Origin: an uncultured Chthonomonadaceae bacterium
Lineage (GTDB): Bacteria; Armatimonadota; Chthonomonadetes; Chthonomonadales; Chthonomonadaceae
Direction of reading: 5' to 3'
Assembly: GCA_963835065.1 (NCBI GenBank)
Contig: CAWIEK010000009.1
Coordinates: 32,001-96,000, forward strand
Length of the DNA stretch: 64,000 nucleotides
The position numbers were made by a program, and so were the translations under genes. This document shows, in pieces, positions 32,249 to 41,977 of the stretch. Under the pieces are notes generated by a model. The model was not told the DNA's origin. It did not search any database and saw only the letters and a program-made list of their open reading frames with translations. Position 1 is the first letter of the stretch; the number at the start of each line of letters is the position of its first letter.

Positions 32249-32338
32249 GCACAACGATTGAATTTAGCGGCAAGCCCCTGATTGCTTCACAAGGAAAAAT
32301 GCCAGGTGGGGCTTGTCCGCTGTAAGGAGGGGTTGGGC
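32249..32338 (-). other. Integron attC-like recombination site
   Basis: On -: GCCCAAC-CCCTC-CTTACAGC-GGACAAGCCCC...GGGGCTTGCC-GCTAAAT-TCAATC-GTTGTGC; R''/L''/L'/R' spacing with extrahelical bases; 90 bp. Confidence 0.75.
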
Positions 32339-32706
32339 CGCCACAGGCAAGCAATGGCAGCGACACAAACCTTGTTAACGGTGAAACCAACAAGCCCTGG
32401 CAGCGTTTTATGCAAGACACAGGAGTGGAACGATACTCCTACGAGGTAAATTAAACGGACGTGTGCGGCCGGCCACAACGCCCGTAAGCCTGTTTTCTGC
32501 GCCTTCTTCCGCTTGCTGTCACCTGCTGCAAACTATTTTTCACAATTAACCCGGAATTGCGCGCCGAACGCGCAGGAAATTGCGAACAAACGGGTAAATT
32601 AGTAGGGACAACTTACGCGGCGCGCGGGAAACCCTCGGACGGCTGGTAACGCATGGACGCAGCCGCCTGAATTTTCCCGCGCCCCCAATTCACAGGAGGA
32701 ACCTAC

Positions 32707-33243
32707 GTGAGACGACTTGGTACAATTTGGAGTGCCGCTCTCGTACTTGTTTTAAGCGTGTTCGCGCTGTTCGCGCCCAATGCGGTTCGCGCGCAGACAG
32801 GCGACTCATCCGATCAACTCCCCGAACTGTCGCAGGACTGGGAAGTGCGCGTCGGCATGTACGTGTTTCAAAGCAAGACAACCCGCGGTAACGCCGGGGA
32901 AATCGGCATCAGCGGCGATGTCAACCGGCGCGTGTATGCCGGGCGGGGCTACGATGTCACCATCGGCATCGGCTATCATGGCATTGACCCCATTTACAGC
33001 ATTCCCCTGACGGTTGACCTCGTTGCCTACAAAGACAACCTCCGTTACGGAGGGGGCGTCGGCTATGCGTTCGGCAAGCGCGCCAATGGCAGAGGGCTGA
33101 AAGGAACCGTCGAGGAACTGCTGCTCGGCTATCAGCTCACGCGCGGGCGCAATCCCGTTTCCGTGGACCTGCGCTATATGTTCATCGGCGGCTCTTCCAG
33201 CGAACTCGACGGCTACAGCCTGACGTTTGGCATGAGGTTCTAA
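32707..33243 (+). CDS. Exported protein, probable small outer-membrane beta-barrel
   Basis: AGGAGG RBS, signal peptide, alternating G/Y-rich strands, terminal YSLTFGMRF. Confidence 0.75.
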   Translation: MRRLGTIWSAALVLVLSVFALFAPNAVRAQTGDSSDQLPELSQDWEVRVGMYVFQSKTTRGNAGEIGISGDVNRRVYAGRGYDVTIGIGYHGIDPIYSIPLTVDLVAYKDNLRYGGGVGYAFGKRANGRGLKGTVEELLLGYQLTRGRNPVSVDLRYMFIGGSSSELDGYSLTFGMRF

Positions 33244-33322
33244 GTCAAAGGGGTCAGGATTCAGGGGTCAGGGGTCAGGAAAGACCTATATATTCCTGCA
33301 CTTCTGCCAGCAGGAAAGTCAG

Positions 33323-35011
33323 TTACTCCAGACTGACCCCTGACCCCTGAATCCTGACCCCTACCCCGTACCGCCTTCCCATCCAATACGGCAGCAGCCA
33401 GAACGCGCCGTCCATTTCCCGCGTACCTCCCGTCCCGCTGTCGGCCAGATAGGGATTTTCGTTCCACTTGGTTACGCCGCGCTCACCCGGCGGCAGCGGC
33501 GTTGTCAGTTGCCGCTTGCCGAAGCGGTCTAAATCCGGCGCGAAGACAACGTCGGGACGGTGAGAATTCTCCATTTTCCAGTCCCGCAAATCCAGCGGCG
33601 CATCCTGAAGCCACTCCGTAATTGCGTCCACGTCGCAGGGCTTTCCCGCGCAGGCTGTGTAGATGATATTGTAAAAGGGCGAGCGCTCCGGGCGTAAAAT
33701 TGACTGCGTTTGCTCCAGACTCAGCAGGTACAGTTGCCGCAGCATCGGATCGGTTTCCAGCATCAGCAACGGGTAATAGGCGCAGGCGGCCAGTTCATCA
33801 TCGGAATGGTTGTTGTCGCCTTCGGGCGGCAAAACTTTCTGGCGAATTGTATTCAGCGCGTAGCCGTGTTCCTTGATGAGCGTTTGGTAGGCGGCAGCGA
33901 ATCGCTCACAGGGGCTTAGGCGCATGGCAACGCGCAGATGCGACAGCATTTCGAGTGAATTCAGCCCCCGCTCGTTCTTCCATTGCGGATCATTATTCAG
34001 CAGTTCGGGAGTCCACACGCCCCAACTTGTACGCTTACCGTTCGCGCCCACCAGCGTATAGTTGTTGTCCAAAATGTGACTGGTGACGGCGTGGCATACA
34101 TTTGCAATTGCCCGTTTCTCCTCTTCATCCGCCACGAGTTCATAATACACGTACCACGCCAGATAATGCCCATCTATCTCATCTGAAGAGGTATCGCCTT
34201 TGTACAGCATATCGGCGTCAACGGGCGATTGAATCCAGTTGCGCTGCGGCACGGACATTTGCGCGCGCTCATTTCGCCTTACCGCCGCCCGCGCGGGAAA
34301 GCCGGGAATTCCCGTGACCGTCACCAGTTTCAGCAGGGCGTTCAGACTCCGCCGCGCCAAACAACGCGCTTCTTCCTCCTGTGTCACCGCGTACCGAAAA
34401 CACTCCGCGCATAGATATAACGCCGTCCACAATCCATCGTTGTCGCTCGCTTCATACAGAAAACTGTCCAGATCAACCGGACGAGTCAGCAGGCACTCCG
34501 TTACCCAGCCGTCACGATTATGCCGCGCCTGCGTGATTTGCTCGTAATGCGCGGCTTTCGCTTCCCATGTCATGTCTATGGATTCGATACAGGAGAAGCC
34601 GTCCGGCGTTGCAAGCCAGGCGCGGTTTTGCAGGTCAATGGCAATGCCTTCTACGCGGTCATGGGGCAGCCAGCGCTTGCCGCCGAAATAGCGCCAGGTT
34701 CCTTTTTGCAGCCGCGCCGCGCCCCGTTCGCTTCCCACCCACAACGTACCCTCGTTTCCCAATGCGAGGCACGTCGGGTTTTGCAGCGGAAAGCCATCCT
34801 TGCCGGTGAGGAAAAGCGAATGATGTTCCGTATGGATACCTAAGCCGTGTTCCGTTACGGTCCAACGGCAATTTTCAAGCAGGCAATCGGCCTGTAAAAC
34901 CTTTTGGAGACTTACGCCGTCTAACGGATTAAGCGCGTCATAAAATGTCGCAATGTCCTGACGAAACCGGTCGCTCGAAGGCGCATCTTCCTGGCGAGAA
35001 GCAGCATTCAT
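33323..35011 (-). CDS. Hypothetical protein: short propeller repeat plus helical-barrel-like domain
   Basis: GTLWVGSERGAAR and AWLATPDG propeller blades; acidic motifs DNDGLWT, SSDEIDGH, NHSDDEL. Confidence 0.8.
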   Translation of the reverse strand: MNAASRQEDAPSSDRFRQDIATFYDALNPLDGVSLQKVLQADCLLENCRWTVTEHGLGIHTEHHSLFLTGKDGFPLQNPTCLALGNEGTLWVGSERGAARLQKGTWRYFGGKRWLPHDRVEGIAIDLQNRAWLATPDGFSCIESIDMTWEAKAAHYEQITQARHNRDGWVTECLLTRPVDLDSFLYEASDNDGLWTALYLCAECFRYAVTQEEEARCLARRSLNALLKLVTVTGIPGFPARAAVRRNERAQMSVPQRNWIQSPVDADMLYKGDTSSDEIDGHYLAWYVYYELVADEEEKRAIANVCHAVTSHILDNNYTLVGANGKRTSWGVWTPELLNNDPQWKNERGLNSLEMLSHLRVAMRLSPCERFAAAYQTLIKEHGYALNTIRQKVLPPEGDNNHSDDELAACAYYPLLMLETDPMLRQLYLLSLEQTQSILRPERSPFYNIIYTACAGKPCDVDAITEWLQDAPLDLRDWKMENSHRPDVVFAPDLDRFGKRQLTTPLPPGERGVTKWNENPYLADSGTGGTREMDGAFWLLPYWMGRRYGVGVRIQGSGVSLE

Positions 35012-35624
35012 ACTTTTTTATTCCTGACTATCGCTGCGCTATTTTCGAGTCACGCCCTGTTATGATCAAGAACGCGAACACTCTGCCAAGTTGAAACATC
35101 GGGTTCTTAGTTTTGAGATTGCCGATGTGTCGCGCCCGGCAGAAAAGGAGCGCAAGGTCGTTCGCGCATGTTATGCGGTTGTGAATGTTACCCGTTTTGC
35201 TTTCTTGTTGACTTCGATTTGTCTCCAAAGAGGAGTTAGAAAGACAAATCCGCCCGGATGTGTCTGCAAGCACGGCTATTGTGACGTGTTTCTCTGCGCG
35301 GCTGTGGCTGAGTTCACAGTTGGGCAAGTAACATCCCAGGGCGTCGCGTCGTCAATAACAGGTACAGGTTCGCAACTCGCGCAAATGCCGGTTTTTTACG
35401 TGATTGGCTGAAAACGTCGTTTCGATGCCTTCCTGTACGCGCCAGGTATGGAACAATCCATTAGCAGGATTGGTTTCTTTGCAACACTGCTTGGAAGCAA
35501 GCCATTGGCCTTCCTTTTTTGCCAATGCGTTGTGAGTTATCAATAGTCGTGGCGCATACAGGAAGCGAACACAAACATCGGGGCAACGCCGCAGGCAGAT
35601 AGAACAAGGGGTGACAGCTAGAAA

Positions 35625-36518
35625 ATGAAAAACACGCAGCAGAACTCCGCGCATCAGGAACCTTCGGAAGCGCCTGGCGAGGCTCCGAGCATAATCCCGG
35701 ACGCCATTTCCTTTATGACCCGCTTGACACGACAGCGCCTGCTCACTTTTGAGGAAGAAGTCGCTTTGTCCGTCCGTGTCAAAAACGGCGACGCCCGCGC
35801 CAAAGATCGCCTTGTCGAATCTAATATGCGCCTTGTCATCAACATCGCCAAGAACTACCGCACGGCGCTGGTTCCGTTCGAGGATTTGGTTCAGGAAGGC
35901 GCAATCGGCCTGATGACGGCTGCCGAGCGCTACGATCCGAGCAAAGGCTACCGTTTCAGCACGTATGCCACGCACTGGATACGGCAGGCCATCAGCCGCG
36001 CCATAGACAACAAGGCCAAAGCCATCCGCATCCCGGCCCACGTTTCCGAATCCCTGCGCAAGCTGGAACGGACGCGCGCCCTGCTCACCCGCGAACACGG
36101 CGAAGAGCCGACGGCGGAAACCCTTGCCCTGCACTTAGGTTTGACGCTGCGCAAAGTGAATGCCCTGCTGCAAGCGGGGCTGGAACCGGTTTCCTTAGAT
36201 ATGCTCGTCGGGGATGAGGAGAACACCACTCTCGCCTCGCTCATCAACGACCGTACCGCCGCCAACCCGCAGGACGCGGTTCTCAGCCAGGAGATGCAAG
36301 CCGAACTTTTCAAGCTGCTGTCTATCCTGACGCCGCGCGAACAGGAAATCATGCGCCGCCGCCTGGGTTTTGAAGAAGAATCGTCGCAAGTCTTGCAGGA
36401 AATCGGCGAAAACATGCACATATCGCGTGAGCGCGTCCGCCAGATCGAAGTCCAGGCGCTGAAAAAACTAAAACACGCCGCCAAGCGCCGTAACCTGATG
36501 GGCTATATCAGCAGCTAA
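35625..36518 (+). CDS. RNA polymerase sigma factor, RpoD/SigA-like family lacking region 1.1
   Basis: NMRLVINIAKNY, DLVQEGAIGL, YRFSTYATHWIRQAISR, IRIPAH, SRERVRQIE. Confidence 0.95.
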   Translation: MKNTQQNSAHQEPSEAPGEAPSIIPDAISFMTRLTRQRLLTFEEEVALSVRVKNGDARAKDRLVESNMRLVINIAKNYRTALVPFEDLVQEGAIGLMTAAERYDPSKGYRFSTYATHWIRQAISRAIDNKAKAIRIPAHVSESLRKLERTRALLTREHGEEPTAETLALHLGLTLRKVNALLQAGLEPVSLDMLVGDEENTTLASLINDRTAANPQDAVLSQEMQAELFKLLSILTPREQEIMRRRLGFEEESSQVLQEIGENMHISRERVRQIEVQALKKLKHAAKRRNLMGYISS

Positions 36519-36554
36519 AATGCGGGTGTTGGGTATTGGGACACCCAACGCCCT

Positions 36555-37448
36555 TTAATTCACAGGAACCTCATAAACCCCGTCGCCATACGCAAAACTC
36601 AGATGCTTGCCGTCGGGACACCAGAACAAGCCTTGCAAGGAGAAGGCCGTGCCGGATTTGCTGTAAGGCGGTTTGTTGGGCATGTCGTCTTTCACAACGC
36701 CCAAAATGTCCGTGCGGCTGCCGTCTACCGCGCTTATCAGAATTGCCGCGCCCTGCCCCCGAAATGGCGCTTTGTACCCGCGCCGCAAACGCTGCATAAT
36801 CGCATCGCGCCACTCTATGTGGGGAACCAGGCACTTATATGCTATGCGCTTGCCGTCCGGCGATAGAGATACCGAAGAAAAAGAAGTTTGCATGTCCGGC
36901 ACTACCTTGATTTTCCATAAGTAATCCGGCTTGGGCATAGGTCGGCTCAAAGAATAGTGCTGTGGTTCATTGAACGCGCTAATAATCTTAAATTGCTTGT
37001 CTCCTTCGGCAAATGTCTGCACGTATGGCCCTACATCTCGCATCGGGTCTTGAAAGAAGCTGTCTTTACCCGGCATCAGTAGTTCTTCGAACGTGGTGGA
37101 TTGAGTTGCTTGATTCCATCGCAGTGTTGCCGTTCCCTCCGGCCTATATTCGTAGAGTCGCAACTCGCCGTTCGGAGTCCAATAATACCCCTCGGCTTTA
37201 GCAAGCGACGCTATGCGGTGGGCATGCGCCATCAGGTCGGGAGGACGCGCCCGCATCTGCACCGTTCCAATGCCCGCGCCCACGCCCGCCACCAGCAAGA
37301 GCCGAACCGACGCCCACATCAGCCAGCGCTGCCAGCGCGGACGCGCCCGTTTGCCGGATACGGTAGCGCCTGTCGTTAGGGCATCCGTGTGTTCGCCTTC
37401 GCTTGCTGCCACATCAGCATTGCCCGTCTGCTGCATTTTATCCGGCAT
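36555..37448 (-). CDS. TM-anchored protein with TolB/PD40-like C-terminal repeats
   Basis: TM segment; LSPDGKRIAY, WCPDGKHLSF. Confidence 0.75.
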   Translation of the reverse strand: MPDKMQQTGNADVAASEGEHTDALTTGATVSGKRARPRWQRWLMWASVRLLLVAGVGAGIGTVQMRARPPDLMAHAHRIASLAKAEGYYWTPNGELRLYEYRPEGTATLRWNQATQSTTFEELLMPGKDSFFQDPMRDVGPYVQTFAEGDKQFKIISAFNEPQHYSLSRPMPKPDYLWKIKVVPDMQTSFSSVSLSPDGKRIAYKCLVPHIEWRDAIMQRLRRGYKAPFRGQGAAILISAVDGSRTDILGVVKDDMPNKPPYSKSGTAFSLQGLFWCPDGKHLSFAYGDGVYEVPVN

Positions 37449-40400
37449 CGTCGTTCTTCTCCTGCCGCTGCTGCGCGCGCCGCTTGGCCGCCATCAGCCG
37501 CGACATTCCGGCTTCTTCTTCGGGTACAGGCGCGTTTTCTACCACCTCCACAGGAGCCGCTACCGTAACGGGTTCCACTCCCTCCGGGCGAATGGTACGG
37601 GAGGGTTGCCGGGTGTTGGGTGTCGGGTGTCGGGTGTCGGGTGTTGGGATTGACGATTGTTGATTGCCGATTGCCGATTGCCGATTGAGGATTGGGGATT
37701 GGGGATTGACTGTTCCCTGTTCCCTGTTCCCTGTTCCCTGTATCTTCTCTTCCCCTACCCCTTCTTCCTGACCACTGACCACTGACCACTGACCACTCGC
37801 AACGCTCTCCTTCCGCTCCATCAGGCGCGACAGTTCGGGCGTGGCGGCGCGGGTTTTCGGGGTTGGGGCTTTGCGGCCTGTTATCCACGCCCAGGCGCGG
37901 GCGAAGTCGCTGCGCTCAATGGCGAGGCGGCGCGTGGCGATGTCGAACAGCAGGAACGGAAGGGTGAGCAGCATCAGGTAAGGGATCATGTCCTGCGCGG
38001 AAAAGACAACCGGGCGGTCTGCCGCGAACACGCTTGGCGCGGAGGGTTCCACGCGCCCGCCTCCGGTTTGCGCAAGCTGCGTCATCAGGTATTGGTTGGC
38101 CTGCGTGTCTTTGTATTCGGGCGAGTACGAGGTTGCCAGGCCGATGCGCGTGGATTTGTCCGGCTTGCTTGGATCGGAGGATTTTTGCAGCACGTTGATC
38201 AGGTACGTTCCGGTTTGCGGCGCGTCGAAGTTGGCTTCATAGTGCCCCGGCCCGGTTTGCGACAGGGTTTCTTCAGTGGGCATTGCGCCCTTGATTCCGG
38301 TCACGCCGGGCGGCACGATCCGCGCCCGCAGACTCAATCGGTTGACGAATTTGCCTTTGTCGTCAATGGCGTCCACAACCACATGCCCCCGGTTGTTTTC
38401 CATCGTCACTTGCGTACTGTACTCGCTTGGCGCAAACGGGCGCAGGGTCCAGCGCACGGCCTGCGCCCAGAACTTGGCATACCCCGGCCAGCCCATCCAC
38501 GCCGCCGCCCACCGCGCCCGGTCATCCGACATAAACGCGACGGAACGGCCCAACCCATACCGCCAGCCGGCGAAAATCGGATCGGTTTCGCGGTTCGGGT
38601 TGCCGTTGCGCAGGGCAAGGAGCGCGGTTGGCTTCAGGCTGGTCACGTCGTAGCCGAGCAGGGGCGGCGCTCCTCCCCAATCCATGCCTTTCAATATCTC
38701 GTCGCCATCAGTGGGCACAACGTGAAACGGTTCCTCGATAATGGGCGGCTGCGAAATGGTCTGCTGGTCTTTGAGAAGGAGGTACGGCAACTGCTGCGGA
38801 CGGTCAGCGACATACGCCTGCCCATCCCCGGTTTTGGCAATCGCCGCCATAAATTGTACGCCGCTGCGATCCGCGCCCGTTGAAATTGTGGACACGGTAA
38901 TGCCCATATCGCGGATGCGCTGGATGTTGGCGACAACCGCGCTTTGATTGGCTTCCCACACCGCGTCGCCGTCGCCAAGAAAAATGATGTGCTTGATTTT
39001 GGCGTCCGTCTGGTTCAGGACGCGGGCGGCTTCCATCAGAAACGGGTCATAATTGGGCGGGTCGCCCATGTTTTGCAGGTTCTGCATCTGCGCTTTGATC
39101 GCGTCCCGGTCTACGACGTGCTGCATCGGGATGCGCCAGGTTCCGCCCGGAGCCATGTTCGCAATGTCACCCCTGCCGTACCCGAACGCGCCGTTGCAGT
39201 CCAGAACGCCCACCTGGTCAATCGGTTCCAGCAAATCCATCGTGGCTTTGGCGGCTTCAATGGACATATTCACGGTTGTCGGGATTTCCAGGTTTTCAAT
39301 CACAAGCGCGACGGCAACGGAGGGCAGCCGTTTTTGCTTTTTCACGTCCATCGAAACCGGCAGCGCGTCTTCTAAGGGCGTTCCCCGGTAGCCGCCCGCG
39401 CCAAAACTGGTATCGCCGCCCACCATGCCCAACCCCACGCCGAAATCGCGGCAGGCGACCTGCAAGGCGGTCATTTGCGCCGACGACAGCGCTGCGGCAG
39501 GCACATTGCTCAGAAACACGCTGTCATAGGGCTGGAGTGCGGCAGCCGACGTGGGCATGGCGTCGGGGTTGGCGTACTCAACGTTGATATTGAGGCTTTG
39601 CAGCGATTTGCGCAAAAAGCCGGTCAGGGTCGGGCTGTCAGCGACATACAAAATAGTGGGCTTGCCTTCCACCCACACAAAGCCCTCGCCCTTGTTGTTT
39701 TCGGCAATGGTGTCGTCGCGGGCATCCAGCGTGGCGGTGTAGCGATAAAAGCCCTTGTCGCCCACAATCTGGTCGAACGCAACCACGTTCTTCCCCCGGT
39801 GCAGGTCTATCCGCTTGCTCAATCCGGTCGGCTTGCCGTCCCGAAACAGCGATACGGTTGCCGATTGCGCGGTTTGGCTGCTGACGATCACTTTGGCGGT
39901 AAACGGCTCCCCGATCTTGACCCGGTTGGGCAGGTTCATTTTGTCAACGAGGGCTTCTTTGGTCAGCGTGACCGGCAGGGTAATCGTGTCCAGAACGATG
40001 TGGTCGGCGTTGAGTTCCTGCACGACGGACAGAGCGCGTCCCACGTTTTCGTTGCCGTCCGACAGCAGCACAATGCGCTTGCCCGCGTCCCGCGCTGCGG
40101 TATCCAGTTCGTTTTTGGCCTGCTGCAAGGCGCGTCCAATGTCGGTAGCCGTCGTAATTCCCGGATCGCGCAAATGCGCCAGTTCGAGCGGCTGACCTAA
40201 CATAGATTGGACGTGCGCTTCGCTGGCGAACGTAATCACGCCGATTTTGTCTACGGTTCGCATTCCCCGCCCGGCTTCCCGAATATACTGCTCCATGCGC
40301 GTCCGCTGATCGTCACGGATACTGCGCGACGAATCCACCACGAACACGACGGCAAGGGCATTGCCCGGCTTCACAATCTTCAATCCGGCAAGGGTGAAAA

Positions 40401-40587
40401 TCAGCAGGGTGGCAAGGGCGCAGCGCAGCAGCAGCGCCCCCCTGCGCCGCGCAGGACTCATATCCGTGACGGTATGCCGATTGCACCAGCCAAAGAAGAC
40501 AAATGCAAGCGGCAGCAGCAGCAAAAACCACGGATTGGCAAACTGAACAGATTTGAATAATTGCGTGACAAAACTGAATAATTGCAT
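37438..40587 (-). CDS. VWA-domain membrane protein (BatA-like N-terminus, VWA, GATase-like domain)
   Basis: FANPWFLLLLP, VDSSRS MIDAS, LLSDGNEN, GGDTSFGAGGY, WRYGLGRSVAF, C-terminal TM. Confidence 0.9.
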   Translation of the reverse strand: MQLFSFVTQLFKSVQFANPWFLLLLPLAFVFFGWCNRHTVTDMSPARRRGALLLRCALATLLIFTLAGLKIVKPGNALAVVFVVDSSRSIRDDQRTRMEQYIREAGRGMRTVDKIGVITFASEAHVQSMLGQPLELAHLRDPGITTATDIGRALQQAKNELDTAARDAGKRIVLLSDGNENVGRALSVVQELNADHIVLDTITLPVTLTKEALVDKMNLPNRVKIGEPFTAKVIVSSQTAQSATVSLFRDGKPTGLSKRIDLHRGKNVVAFDQIVGDKGFYRYTATLDARDDTIAENNKGEGFVWVEGKPTILYVADSPTLTGFLRKSLQSLNINVEYANPDAMPTSAAALQPYDSVFLSNVPAAALSSAQMTALQVACRDFGVGLGMVGGDTSFGAGGYRGTPLEDALPVSMDVKKQKRLPSVAVALVIENLEIPTTVNMSIEAAKATMDLLEPIDQVGVLDCNGAFGYGRGDIANMAPGGTWRIPMQHVVDRDAIKAQMQNLQNMGDPPNYDPFLMEAARVLNQTDAKIKHIIFLGDGDAVWEANQSAVVANIQRIRDMGITVSTISTGADRSGVQFMAAIAKTGDGQAYVADRPQQLPYLLLKDQQTISQPPIIEEPFHVVPTDGDEILKGMDWGGAPPLLGYDVTSLKPTALLALRNGNPNRETDPIFAGWRYGLGRSVAFMSDDRARWAAAWMGWPGYAKFWAQAVRWTLRPFAPSEYSTQVTMENNRGHVVVDAIDDKGKFVNRLSLRARIVPPGVTGIKGAMPTEETLSQTGPGHYEANFDAPQTGTYLINVLQKSSDPSKPDKSTRIGLATSYSPEYKDTQANQYLMTQLAQTGGGRVEPSAPSVFAADRPVVFSAQDMIPYLMLLTLPFLLFDIATRRLAIERSDFARAWAWITGRKAPTPKTRAATPELSRLMERKESVASGQWSVVSGQEEGVGEEKIQGTGNREQGTVNPQSPILNRQSAIGNQQSSIPTPDTRHPTPNTRQPSRTIRPEGVEPVTVAAPVEVVENAPVPEEEAGMSRLMAAKRRAQQRQEKNDDAG

Positions 40588-40695
40588 GGGCACGAGGCAG
40601 CCCTTCCTATGGAGTCCGCACGGGAAAAGAAACAAACGGCGCAAAGCGGCAACACAGCCGTCCTATCCCTCATACGCAAACCAACGAACCGGTGA

Positions 40696-41349
40696 TTACA
40701 TTTTCTTTACAATGCGCAGGCGCTGCAGCCAGCAACGCAGCCATACTCTTGCGCTTTCCATAAGAGCCAGAGCAGGAATAGTACGCTTTAATTCCGTTTG
40801 TGGAAGCAGGACGGACACGTTCGGCCAGCCATACGCGACGGTGGCAAGCGGGATGCCGGAAGCGTCGAAAACGCCATCGCACAGCCACGCGCCGCCCATC
40901 CGCTCGTAAAAGCCCCGCGCCGGGTGGTTTTCGGTCAGCACCCACACGAGCATGGAATTCATACCCTGCCGCTTCAACTGCCGCGCCGCTTCGATCACCA
41001 TGGCGCGGCCAAAACCCTGCTTGTGATGCTCCGGCAGCAGATACAGGCTGTACAGTTCGCCCTTATAGTTGCGGTTGTGGTGGCGTTCCGGGCCGAAGGT
41101 GACGCAGCCAACGATTTGCCCCGCGTCGTTTTCGGCAACCAGCGTGACATGCAGCCGGGAATGGAATTCGATGATGCGCTGCCAGTAGGCTTCCTTCGCC
41201 TGCTCGGACACCAGTTTCGCCAGGGCGGCGTCGGGGATGATGCCGGGATACGCGGCCTGCCAACTGCGCGCGTTGACCTGCGCGACTTGAGCGGCGTCAG
41301 CAATCTCGGCAGGACGAATACGCACGAAACGTTGCTCCTTTTGGCGCAT
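40696..41349 (-). CDS. GNAT family N-acetyltransferase
   Basis: IRPAEIADA, SWQAAYPGII, GELYSLYLLPEHHKQGFG, WVLTENHPARGFYERMGG. Confidence 0.9.
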   Translation of the reverse strand: MRQKEQRFVRIRPAEIADAAQVAQVNARSWQAAYPGIIPDAALAKLVSEQAKEAYWQRIIEFHSRLHVTLVAENDAGQIVGCVTFGPERHHNRNYKGELYSLYLLPEHHKQGFGRAMVIEAARQLKRQGMNSMLVWVLTENHPARGFYERMGGAWLCDGVFDASGIPLATVAYGWPNVSVLLPQTELKRTIPALALMESARVWLRCWLQRLRIVKKM

Positions 41350-41567
41350 CCGCCGGCATCGAGCGGCTGCGCTTCTCAGGCCCCTTTGCGGCACAAACGC
41401 CAATGACGCGCAAAACAGTGACTGTCTGCGCGTCGTATTCGTTATGCCGTTCTTGAATTCCTGCTTAATGATGAAGGATTGCAGAATTAGGGTAGGTAAA
41501 AAAAGATATGTAGAGGCATCGTCGAAATCTTGGCAATGCAGCGCTTCCAGCCCGATGTCTCGTTGTG

Positions 41568-41633
41568 TCAAGTTGTGGGAGTGAGGCGTCGTGACCTCGT
41601 AAGCGTCAGGGCGAACGGGAGGGGTGGGGACAT
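41568..41633 (-). CDS. Putative 21-aa small peptide MSPPLPFALTLTRSRRLTPTT
   Basis: Strong SD GGAGGTGA 7 nt before the ATG; downstream stem and T-tract. Confidence 0.4.
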   Translation of the reverse strand: MSPPLPFALTLTRSRRLTPTT

Positions 41634-41872
41634 AGGCTCTTCACCTCCCTTCCTGTATGGATAGCACCTGTCTAACATCTATATAGTAGACTTGGTTCTA
41701 CTGTTTAGACGGCAGTGTGGGGCAAAAGGTTCACTGTTTTTTTATTTTTTAGCGGGATTGTTGTTGCGGGTAGGCTATTCCTGGTGTGGTGTGGGAACGG
41801 GGAAGGGGGCTTACTTCGGGGCTGATCGTTTATCCCTTGCCGGCGGACGCAACGCGCAAGGGGCGCAAAAAG

Positions 41873-41952
41873 AGGGCACAACGCGCAAGGAGGGCACAAC
41901 ACGTAAGGAGGGCACAACACGTAAGGAGGGCACAACATGTTGTGCCCCTACG
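41873..41952. repeat. 18-bp tandem repeats ending in a GTAG-type REP palindrome
   Basis: (gagggcacaacacgtaag)n followed by gggcacaacatgttgtgcccctac. Confidence 0.8.
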
Positions 41953-41977
41953 TTCGGGAACTTGTATTTTTCAACCC

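Noticed and set aside
32340..32480. Second attC or coding cassette upstream of the attC site
   Set aside because: Only a GTT core is visible, with no complete palindrome or credible ORF
41873..41952. Possible CRISPR array
   Set aside because: 18-bp units are directly tandem with no unique spacers, and there are no cas genes; better explained as REP-derived repeats
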